Below are positions 29,883 to 37,540 of a DNA stretch of 64,000 bases, one piece after another. The stretch is from an uncultured Planctomycetia bacterium. Its GTDB lineage: Bacteria > Omnitrophota > Gorgyraeia > 2-01-FULL-45-10. The notes under the pieces are model-generated. The model saw only the letters and a list, made by a program, of their open reading frames with translations, was not told the DNA's origin and did no database searches. Every line of letters starts with the position of its first letter. Within the stretch, counting starts at the first letter, position 1. The translations under genes were made by a program, and so were the position numbers. The stretch is taken from positions 672-64,671 of the forward strand of contig CAYGRZ010000001.1 of the NCBI GenBank assembly GCA_964352425.1, given 5' to 3'.

Positions 29883-30637
29883 AGAACCTTCTGGCGCTTG
29901 ATATCGGAAATACGAATATAACGGCCGGTATTTTTACGGAACGTACATTGGCCGCCAAGGGCAAGACACCGACGCATCGCAGCAGCCTCTACGGACGTTT
30001 CCTGAGGAAGCTTTGCAGGCGAGCGGGCCTCGGGGCCGAAGATATCAATGGTGTGATCATCGCCAGCGTCGTGCCGCTGGCGCTCTCGCGCGTTTGTGTG
30101 GAGCTCGGCAGGACATTCGGGTGCGCCATCCGGATCACCGGCAGGGACGCCATCGTCCCGATCAGGAACCGGTACAGGGTCAGGGCCGAGGTCGGCCAGG
30201 ACAGGCTCGTCAACGCATATGCCGCGATGAAACTGTATGGCTCGCCGGCGGTCATAGTGGATTTAGGGACGGCGATAACGCTCGATGTCGTTTCGGCAAA
30301 GGGTGAATATCTTGGAGGCCTCATACTCCCCGGCATTGAGATGTCGCTTACCGGCCTCTTCAGGAAGACGGCGATGCTGCCGCGTGTTGAACTCAAGGCA
30401 GCAGGCCCTATCATCGGAAGGGATACCGCCGACAGCATCCGCGGCGGCATCCTGTTCGGCTTCGGCGCGATGTGCGACGGCCTTTTTGCGCAGTACCGCA
30501 CGATGCTCGGAAAAAAGACAAAGGCGATAATGACCGGCGGTAGCGCCTCCCTCATCAGCAGATACACGAAGTCGTTCCGGGCCGTGGATGAGGACCTTAC
30601 CCTGAAGGGGCTCTACCTTATTAATAGGGACGTTTAA
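29879..30637 (+). CDS. coaX: Type III pantothenate kinase
   Basis: LALDIGNTN, VGQDR, VDLGTA, GGLILPG, TGG, LTLKGL. Confidence 0.94.
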   Translation: MKNLLALDIGNTNITAGIFTERTLAAKGKTPTHRSSLYGRFLRKLCRRAGLGAEDINGVIIASVVPLALSRVCVELGRTFGCAIRITGRDAIVPIRNRYRVRAEVGQDRLVNAYAAMKLYGSPAVIVDLGTAITLDVVSAKGEYLGGLILPGIEMSLTGLFRKTAMLPRVELKAAGPIIGRDTADSIRGGILFGFGAMCDGLFAQYRTMLGKKTKAIMTGGSASLISRYTKSFRAVDEDLTLKGLYLINRDV

Positions 30638-30690
30638 GTCTAATAAATATGTTGTCCGAAACGCATTGTATAAAGATAGGAGATGATGCT

Positions 30691-31230
30691 ATGAAGAAAG
30701 TTGCCCTGTTGGCGATTGTCTTATTCCTGTGCGGCGCCTCTTGCGCGGTCGCCCAGACCGATATGACAGCCAAGGAGGAACGCGAGCTCGAGGAGCTTTC
30801 GAAACGGATGGTCCGCATGAAACGCGCCGTAGATAAGTTCGCAAACGAGCTTGTGTCATCTTTTCCCGACCAGGGGCGGCCCGCAGCGGGCGTTTTCGGC
30901 GGCAACGTCAGGGTGGATATCGTAGAGAACGAAAAAGATTTTGTGGTGACGGCGGACCTGCCGGGCATGGACAAGGATAAGATAGTAGTAACGCTGGAAG
31001 GTAACAGGATCCTGAAGATCTCGGGCTCGAGAGAGATGTCCAAGACGGAGTCAGGCCCCAATGTCGTGAAGCAGGAGCGGATGGCAGGCAGGTTCGAAAG
31101 AGCGCTGGAGCTTCCCGCCGAATGTAAGGGCGATGGTGTAGAGGCATCCTATAAGAACGGCGTCCTCGAAGTGATCGTGCCCAAGAAGGAACCGGTGAAG
31201 CCGGCGACGATAAAGGTCAACGTGCAGTAG
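30691..31230 (+). CDS. Hsp20/alpha-crystallin protein with N-terminal signal peptide
   Basis: AGGAG RBS; MKKVALLAIVLFLCGASCAVA-Q; VDIVE, ADLPG, ER..G.FER.L.LP, ASYKNGVLEV.VPK. Confidence 0.88.
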   Translation: MKKVALLAIVLFLCGASCAVAQTDMTAKEERELEELSKRMVRMKRAVDKFANELVSSFPDQGRPAAGVFGGNVRVDIVENEKDFVVTADLPGMDKDKIVVTLEGNRILKISGSREMSKTESGPNVVKQERMAGRFERALELPAECKGDGVEASYKNGVLEVIVPKKEPVKPATIKVNVQ

Positions 31231-31245
31231 CATAAAGAAGAAGGG

Positions 31246-31809
31246 GTGGGGAGAGTGAAAGCGTCTGAATTAAAAAGAGGAATGATCATCCGGGAAGGAG
31301 GCGAGCTTCTGGTCGTGATCGAGATGGAACACAGGACTCCCGGAAACTTACGCGCGATCTACCAGGCGACGCTGAAGAATATCTTAAGCGGCAAGGTGGT
31401 TAATAAGCGCTTCAGCCCGGGCGACTCGGTCGAAAAGGCGGATCTCGATACGAAGAAGATGCAGTATCTTTACAGCGACCATGCGGGCTTTCATTTCATG
31501 GATATGGCCAATTACGAGTCGATCACGCTGGACGCTACGCTCGTCGGAAAGACGAAGGACTTCCTGAAGGAAAACCTCGAGGTCGAGGTCCTTTATTACG
31601 AGCATAACCCCGTTGCGATAGAGGTGCCCGTGAGCGTCGGCTTGAAGATCACCGAATCCGCTCCCGGCGCCAAAGGCGACACCTCGGGCAGGGCGATGAA
31701 GCCGGCAACGCTCGAGACCGGGCTCGTCGTTAACGTGCCTCTCTTTATTGAGGAAGGCGAGACGGTCTTAGTCGATACACGAACAGGCGAATACCTTGGC
31801 AGGTCATAA
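31246..31809 (+). CDS. efp: Elongation factor P (Asn at loop tip)
   Basis: HRTPGNLRA loop, MQYLY, FMD..NYE, PGAKGDT, KPATLETG, VPLFI, DTRTGEY. Confidence 0.95.
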   Translation: MGRVKASELKRGMIIREGGELLVVIEMEHRTPGNLRAIYQATLKNILSGKVVNKRFSPGDSVEKADLDTKKMQYLYSDHAGFHFMDMANYESITLDATLVGKTKDFLKENLEVEVLYYEHNPVAIEVPVSVGLKITESAPGAKGDTSGRAMKPATLETGLVVNVPLFIEEGETVLVDTRTGEYLGRS

Positions 31810-32998
31810 TTATAAGGTCATCGTGATCGGGGGCGGGGCCTCCGGCATGGTCAGCGCCATCAGCGCGGCCCGGCGCGGGGCCTCGGTTGCGATATGCGAG
31901 AAGATGCCGCGGCTCGGCAGGAAGGTGCTCGCCTCCGGTAACGGCAGATGTAACCTGACCAACGACGCGCTCGACAGCTCATTCTACAATCCTGCGGCCG
32001 GAGCGCTCGTCACGTCGGTATTTTCAAGATTCGGAAACTCCTGCATAAAAGATCTCTTCGCAGAGCTCGGCCTCAAGACGTATTCCGAGGAGGGCCGCGT
32101 CTTTCCGTCCACAAACCAGTCATCGTCCGTGCTGAAAGTCATTGAGCTCGAGCTCCAGAGGCTCTCCGTTGCCATCGATCACGGTTTCGACGTAATCGCC
32201 ATCTCGCATGTCGGCGACGGTTTTATCGTGACCTCGAAGGCAGGCAAGAAGCTGACGAGCCTGCAGGTCATCATCGCATGCGGCGGCAGGTCGTATCCGG
32301 CGTTCGGATCGGACGGCAGCGCGTACGCATGTGCGAGGTCGCTGGGCCATTCGATCATCGAGCCGGTCCCCGTAGCGGTTCCTTTGGTCACCAAGGACGC
32401 GCTGTGCCACAGCCTCCAGGGGCAGAAGATATTCGCTGGAGCCAAAGCCCTCATCGATGGCGCGGCCGTATCGCAGGCCTCCGGAGACCTTTTGTTCACC
32501 AAATACGGACTGTCCGGGACTGCCATCATCGATATAAGCGACGCTATCTCGGTCGCGGTCAACCGGGACGGGAAAAAAGATGTGGTCGTTTCGACAGATT
32601 TAGTGCCGTTCATGGCCTCCGGCGAGCTTGAGTCGGAGCTTGCGCTACGGATCGGCCGGGGATGGCCGGCCGAAGAGCTCGCGGCCGGGATCCTGCCCAA
32701 TAAATTCGGCCCGGCGCTCAAAACTATTTTCAAGACCGGCGCCGCAGCTGCGATAACTGTCGCTTTAAAAGACAGGCGCTTCACTGTGATCGGTACCCGC
32801 GGATGGAACGAGGCCGATTTTACCGCGGGCGGGGTCAATGTGGGCGAGATAGACGAGATAAACCTCGAGTCAAGGATCCAAAAAGGCGTCTATTTCTCCG
32901 GCGAGATCCTTGACGTCAACGGCAGGAGAGGCGGTTACAATCTCGCCTGGGCATGGGCATCGGGGTTTATAGCGGGGGAGAGCGCGGCGAATGCGTAG
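31796..32998 (+). CDS. HI0933/BaiN-family flavoprotein (NAD(P)/FAD-dependent oxidoreductase)
   Basis: IGGGASG, GRKVLASGNGRCNLTN, GG.SYP..GSDG, LLFT..GLSG, TAGGV, GGYNL..AW.SG. Confidence 0.9.
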   Translation: MAGHNYKVIVIGGGASGMVSAISAARRGASVAICEKMPRLGRKVLASGNGRCNLTNDALDSSFYNPAAGALVTSVFSRFGNSCIKDLFAELGLKTYSEEGRVFPSTNQSSSVLKVIELELQRLSVAIDHGFDVIAISHVGDGFIVTSKAGKKLTSLQVIIACGGRSYPAFGSDGSAYACARSLGHSIIEPVPVAVPLVTKDALCHSLQGQKIFAGAKALIDGAAVSQASGDLLFTKYGLSGTAIIDISDAISVAVNRDGKKDVVVSTDLVPFMASGELESELALRIGRGWPAEELAAGILPNKFGPALKTIFKTGAAAAITVALKDRRFTVIGTRGWNEADFTAGGVNVGEIDEINLESRIQKGVYFSGEILDVNGRRGGYNLAWAWASGFIAGESAANA

Positions 32999-33572
32999 GA
33001 TCATACTGGCATCGGGATCTGCGGCGCGACAGAAGCTCTTACGGCAGATCGGGCTCAAATTTACCGTCGTTAAGTCCGGGGCAAAGGAAAACCGCACGCT
33101 GAAGGGAAGCTGCGCGGACCTTGTGATCGGCAACGCGTTACGGAAGGCGCGCGAGGCGGCCTCTCGTTTCGATACGGGCGTTGTGATCGCGGCCGATACC
33201 GTCGTGCTGGTCGGGAAGAAGATCATAGGCAAACCGAAGAGCCTGCCTGACGCGTCCAGGACGCTCAAGCTGCTGTCGAGACGCCCGCAATGGGTCTATA
33301 GCGGCATCGCCGTCATCGATATCGATAGGGCAAAGACGTATACCGGCCACGAGAAGACGAAAGTATATATGTGCCCACTGACCGGCGCTCAGATACGGAA
33401 CTATTTTAAAAAGGTGTCGCCTCTGGGCAAGGCAGGCTCGTTCGACATACAGGGGATGGGCGGAGCATTCATCGACCGCATCGAGGGATGTTTTTACAAT
33501 GTCGTGGGGCTGCCGCTCGCGAAACTCGCGAAGATGCTGGCTCGCGCAGGGGTTGATCTCTCCCATAAATAA
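32991..33572 (+). CDS. maf: Maf-family nucleoside triphosphate pyrophosphatase
   Basis: IILASGS..R, ADTVV, GKP, KAGSF.IQG.G, NVVGLP. Confidence 0.92.
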   Translation: MRRIILASGSAARQKLLRQIGLKFTVVKSGAKENRTLKGSCADLVIGNALRKAREAASRFDTGVVIAADTVVLVGKKIIGKPKSLPDASRTLKLLSRRPQWVYSGIAVIDIDRAKTYTGHEKTKVYMCPLTGAQIRNYFKKVSPLGKAGSFDIQGMGGAFIDRIEGCFYNVVGLPLAKLAKMLARAGVDLSHK

Positions 33573-33582
33573 GGACTAGCGG

Positions 33583-35055
33583 ATGAAAACGATCAAATTC
33601 GATTTCAACAATATGTTCAGCCACAGCATCGGCTCCCGGCACGGCGTAACGGATGCCGAGCTTGCAAAGATGCGAGAGGCGGTATCGAAAGCGCATAAAC
33701 ACCTCAAAGCCCTCATCGGCAATGACGATAACCGCGTCAGCCTCGGCCTCGAATGGACCAGGCTGCCGGGGCAGGATGCGCAGGCCCTTCGCTGGATACA
33801 GGAGCTCGGCGATGAGATAGCCGCATCATACGAGAGCGTCATATCGCTCGGCATCGGCGGCTCCTATCTCGGGCTGAAGGCCGCGCAGGATGCGCTTGCA
33901 GGCGCGTATTACAACGAGTTTTCCTCCGTCAGGCGCGGCAGGCCGAAGATCTATTTTGACGGCAACAATATGGACCCCGACACGCTGAACGTATTATTGA
34001 GGAACCTGGACCCGAAGAAGACATTCGTCATAGTGATTTCGAAGTCGGGCGAGACGACCGAAACGAAAGCTGCGTTCGCGGCCGCTACGGCATGGCTGAA
34101 GAGAAGTGTGGGCGCCTCCCACGGAAAGCAGATCGTCGCGATCACGGACCCGACGTCGGGTGCCTTGAGGAAAAAGGTCGACGCGGAACAAGCGATTGAC
34201 GCCATGAGCTTCCGGAGCCTTCCCGTGCTGAAGGGCGTCGGAGGCCGTTTCTCGGAATTGAACATCGGGCTGCTGCATCTTGCGGTGATCGGCGTGAATA
34301 TCAGGGAAGTGCTCGACGGCGCCGGATCAATGTTCAAGCGGTGCAGCGCGCCGGCATTGGCCCAGAATCCCGCATATATGTACGCGGCGCTGCAGACGAT
34401 ACTCTATAAAAAGAAGGGTAAGTTCATCTCGATCGTGATGCCATTCTCTGAGAGGCTGAAATCGACCGCGGACTGGTATGTGCAGCTGCTGGCAGAAAGC
34501 CTCGGCAAGAAATACGCGCGGTCGATCAGGATGGAAAGGGGAGGCCGCGAGAGCTGGTCTAGCGACCTCAAAAGGCCCGTCCATGTCGGGCGCACGCCGA
34601 TACCCGCGCGGGGCACAAACGATCTCCACTCGATCCAGCAGAACAATATCGAAGGCCGGAACGACAAGACGGTCACCTTCATCAAGGTCGAACGCTTTAG
34701 CTCCGACATCACGGTCACCGGAACGGGCGATTTTCTCGAGGGCAGGCCGTATTCGGAGCTTCTTTCGACCGCCGAAGAGGCGACTGAATGGGCACTGACG
34801 AATGAAGGCAGGCCGAGCTGCACGATAACGATACCCGAGATATCGCCTTATACCTGGGGATCCCTCCTGATGTTCTTCGAGATGGCGACCACCGCGGAGG
34901 CAGAGCTGCTGAATGTGAACGCGTTCGACCAGCCCGGCGTCGAAGGGTACAAGAACTACATGTATTACAAGCTCGGTAAGCCGGGTATCGCGCGAGAGAT
35001 ATCGGACCTTATACGGAAACACCCGCTCGTAAAGAAACAGAAATATATCATATAG
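33583..35055 (+). CDS. pgi: Glucose-6-phosphate isomerase
   Basis: GIGGSYLG, ISKSG.T.ET, VGGRFS, QLLAESLGK, DLHS..Q, NAFDQPGVE.YK. Confidence 0.93.
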   Translation: MKTIKFDFNNMFSHSIGSRHGVTDAELAKMREAVSKAHKHLKALIGNDDNRVSLGLEWTRLPGQDAQALRWIQELGDEIAASYESVISLGIGGSYLGLKAAQDALAGAYYNEFSSVRRGRPKIYFDGNNMDPDTLNVLLRNLDPKKTFVIVISKSGETTETKAAFAAATAWLKRSVGASHGKQIVAITDPTSGALRKKVDAEQAIDAMSFRSLPVLKGVGGRFSELNIGLLHLAVIGVNIREVLDGAGSMFKRCSAPALAQNPAYMYAALQTILYKKKGKFISIVMPFSERLKSTADWYVQLLAESLGKKYARSIRMERGGRESWSSDLKRPVHVGRTPIPARGTNDLHSIQQNNIEGRNDKTVTFIKVERFSSDITVTGTGDFLEGRPYSELLSTAEEATEWALTNEGRPSCTITIPEISPYTWGSLLMFFEMATTAEAELLNVNAFDQPGVEGYKNYMYYKLGKPGIAREISDLIRKHPLVKKQKYII

Positions 35056-35075
35056 CCGGTGGGCCGGCGCCCCCT

Positions 35076-36083
35076 ATGGAAAAGGTACGATACGAAATAG
35101 ATCCCTTCAACCGCCTTGTTGTAACGGGCGAGGGGCAGGGCCTTCCAAGGCAGCGCGCTGTCCTCGACGGGACCTTCAGGACCGCCGATGACAATACTCT
35201 CGTATACCATATCAAATCACCCGCCTCGAAAACCGGCGCCGTGCCTCATCAGGTAAAGCTGCGCGGCCAATGGTCTCTCGGTAAAGATCATAACCTCAGA
35301 TTTACCCTCGACAAGGTCGCCAGATCCGCCGGGTCAGACTCTCTTGCACTTTCCGGTGACATAATAGACGTCGGGGGCGATGCGCTCCTCTTTTCCATGA
35401 CGACCAGGCGCTCTGACGACACCCAGACGACATATGTGATGGAGCTTACAGGCAGCTGGCAGGCCGATAAGAATAATCGCCTAACGTTCGGCGTTAAACG
35501 GGAGAAGGGAAGGTATGACATCCTTACGTTCACCGGCGCGTGGGAGATCGGCGATAATAATGAGCTCGTGTACCGGTATGAGAAGTCTCAGCTTAAGCGC
35601 AGAACGAAGACGGTCCACGCCATCGTCTTTAAAGGACGATGGCGTTTGGGGCAAGGATCGATAGTATCCTACGCGCTTGACGCGAGCTCCAATTCGGTTT
35701 TCAATTTTAAGACGTCGATAGGCATATGCGGCGATAATTTCATCAAATACGAGCTCGGCATAATGCTCGGCTCAAGGCTCGGGCCCATCAGGAGGATCGT
35801 CACGCTTTTCGGGACATGGGGTATCGTCAGGGGAACCGGCCTGTCGTTCGAGGTAGAGTGCGCCGACGGAAAAACATATACGATAAGCATGAGCGCAGAG
35901 GCAAGGATTACAAAGCGCGATACGATCGCGCTGAAGCTTAAAGACATCAACACCCGAAAGGACCTCGGCCTGCAGCTGGAGCTGTCGCACGCGCTCCTGG
36001 AAGGCGATGGCGCAGCATTTCTTAAGTTCCTGAAGTCGAGGGAGGAGACGGCCGTTTTTATCGGCGCCGGCTTCCGCTGGTAG
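35076..36083 (+). CDS. Hypothetical beta-strand-rich repeat protein
   Basis: 335-aa ORF with about six [LF]xGx[WF]xxxxxxxLx[FY] repeats; ends GAGFRW. Confidence 0.75.
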   Translation: MEKVRYEIDPFNRLVVTGEGQGLPRQRAVLDGTFRTADDNTLVYHIKSPASKTGAVPHQVKLRGQWSLGKDHNLRFTLDKVARSAGSDSLALSGDIIDVGGDALLFSMTTRRSDDTQTTYVMELTGSWQADKNNRLTFGVKREKGRYDILTFTGAWEIGDNNELVYRYEKSQLKRRTKTVHAIVFKGRWRLGQGSIVSYALDASSNSVFNFKTSIGICGDNFIKYELGIMLGSRLGPIRRIVTLFGTWGIVRGTGLSFEVECADGKTYTISMSAEARITKRDTIALKLKDINTRKDLGLQLELSHALLEGDGAAFLKFLKSREETAVFIGAGFRW

Positions 36084-36094
36084 CCGAGATAGAT

Positions 36095-36123
36095 TTGCCA
36101 ATTCGCGTTTCATAAAGTATACT
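36095..36123 (+). promoter_or_regulatory. Sigma70 promoter for the 19-aa microprotein
   Basis: TTGCCA (36095-36100), 17 nt, TATACT (36118-36123). Confidence 0.75.
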
Positions 36124-36148
36124 CAAAGTTGAATGAGGGGGTGAGTCT

Positions 36149-36208
36149 GTGTGTAAGACATGCGGATGCTCTTCAAAGAAGAAGGCAAAGAAGAAAAAGA
36201 AGAAATAG
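36149..36208 (+). CDS. 19-aa Cys-rich / poly-Lys microprotein MCKTCGCSSKKKAKKKKKK (not in the ORF track)
   Basis: GTG start after a GAGGGGGTGA SD-like sequence; TAG at 36206-36208; flanked by a promoter and a terminator. Confidence 0.7.
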   Translation: MCKTCGCSSKKKAKKKKKK

Positions 36209-36232
36209 GATTGTGGCAGGCCTGTAATCGCA

Positions 36233-36270
36233 GCCCCGCGAAGCATTGCGCTATCGCGGGGTTTTAGTTT
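36233..36270 (+). terminator. Intrinsic terminator after the microprotein
   Basis: CCCCGCGA (36234-36241) / TCGCGGGG (36254-36261) stem followed by TTTTAGTTT. Confidence 0.8.
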
Positions 36271-36489
36271 GTGTAGGTGGCATGGCGGCGGGACTTTTTG
36301 GCAGTGGCGGCATCTGTGTACGCCGCCTTGACAGGTGTCGACCTCGTAGGTCGGCCCGGTGTGTCTATTGAGAGCCGAAAAATTTCTGAGGAGTGGCCTG
36401 CCGGCGAGACTTTTGGGCACCTCGCCGCAGCTGTTAAAAATTTTGATACATCTTGGCGATACAGCACGGCCAGGGAAACTGCTCAATAG

Positions 36490-36498
36490 TTATCCACA
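36490..36498 (+). promoter_or_regulatory. Consensus DnaA box (second, 1-mismatch box at 36606-36614)
   Basis: TTATCCACA; TTGTCCACA 116 bp downstream, both followed by GC. Confidence 0.45.
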
Positions 36499-36500
36499 GC

Positions 36501-36526
36501 GTAGGTCACCCTTAAGGGTGACCTAC
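36501..36526. repeat. Perfect 26-bp palindrome with GTAG/CTAC ends (REP-like)
   Basis: GTAGGTCACCCTT|AAGGGTGACCTAC. Confidence 0.85.
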
Positions 36527-36645
36527 ATATAATAGTGATACGTGGCAGGTTCATCGGCCCCGCCTGCCAGAATGTGTTCTCATGCGGTCGGGCAGGCATC
36601 AAAATTTGTCCACAGCAGATTTACACGCCTAATGTAAATCTGCGA

Positions 36646-36688
36646 CCCTTCGGTAGTACTCAAGGTCGTCCTGAGCGAAGTCGAAGGA
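36646..36688 (+). repeat. REP-like imperfect palindrome, copy 2
   Basis: CCCTTCGGTAGTACTCAAGG...TCCTGAGCGAAGTCGAAGGA, same family as 6637-6682. Confidence 0.75.
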
Positions 36689-36781
36689 CGACAGGCGAAG
36701 GCGGCTACACAGGTGCTGCCTGGTAAAGTAGGCAGAAAAATTCTTTTTATTCAGCTAACCCATATGATATAATCTTAGCAT

Positions 36782-37066
36782 ATGGATGAACAGGCATATG
36801 AGAAGGTGCTGGCGGACCGAGACGCGACGCATGAAGCTCTCTGCAGGCGCTGCGGACAATGCTGCGGCGCTGTAGGGGAAGACCCGTGCGTGAACCTTGA
36901 GAAGCTGGCTGACGGTACGTATTCCTGCCGGATCTATGATGTGAGGCACGGGCTGCAGAGGACCGTGTCGGGCAGGTACTTCATGTGCGTGAATATACGG
37001 GATGTCATCAAATGCGGGGCGTCCTATGATAATTGCCCTTACTGCGGAAACGTCCGACGATCGTGA
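36782..37066 (+). CDS. Small Cys-cluster protein (YkgJ-like, CxxCxxCC)
   Basis: CRRCGQCC, PCVNL, CRIY, C..., CPY; TG-n-TATAAT 8 nt upstream of the ATG. Confidence 0.75.
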   Translation: MDEQAYEKVLADRDATHEALCRRCGQCCGAVGEDPCVNLEKLADGTYSCRIYDVRHGLQRTVSGRYFMCVNIRDVIKCGASYDNCPYCGNVRRS

Positions 37067-37524
37067 ATATACTGCCGATTTTGATCATCATGGCATGCCT
37101 TTTTGCTCCCGCAGCCTGGCCCGCCGAAAAGACGGCCCTGGCTGCCGATAGGGCCGCCGCGGAATCGTTATATGCGTACAGCGGCACCGACCTTCCGCAG
37201 GTCTTCTTTTTCCCCAAGGAGACGGCGCGGTGGGACGGCTCGAAGGTCACACTGAAGGAATGGTACATGTTGACCGATCTTCAGAAACAGAAGTTTTTCA
37301 GCGAATATGTCGGCGTTCTTGAGCGTCAGTACCATCAGAGCATAAACGTGATGGGCCTCGACTACCTTGAGGCACTGAACGTATTTTCATATTACTCGGA
37401 CGGAAGCGCGATGAACGAGCCCCCTACGAAATTCATCGACAGGCTGCTCGGTGGCCAGGGAAAACTGCCTGTCGCCGGCGCCGCCGAGGCGGCGTTGACG
37501 GATCAGGATCAGGAGTTACATTGA
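37063..37524 (+). CDS. Exported hypothetical protein
   Basis: GTGA overlap with the previous stop; hydrophobic signal-like N-terminus. Confidence 0.65.
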   Translation: MNILPILIIMACLFAPAAWPAEKTALAADRAAAESLYAYSGTDLPQVFFFPKETARWDGSKVTLKEWYMLTDLQKQKFFSEYVGVLERQYHQSINVMGLDYLEALNVFSYYSDGSAMNEPPTKFIDRLLGGQGKLPVAGAAEAALTDQDQELH

Positions 37525-37540
37525 CGAAGGAGAGTGACAC

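Noticed and set aside
36277-36726. ORFs 36277..36489, 36264..36467 and 36535..36726
   Set aside because: No clear RBS or family motif; they run through palindromes and REP-like sequence.
36270-36745. oriC, CRISPR array, RNase P, tmRNA or SRP RNA
   Set aside because: Only two DnaA-like boxes, no dnaA and no strand switch; repeats occur only twice without regular spacers and there are no cas genes; hallmark motifs of the housekeeping RNAs were not found.
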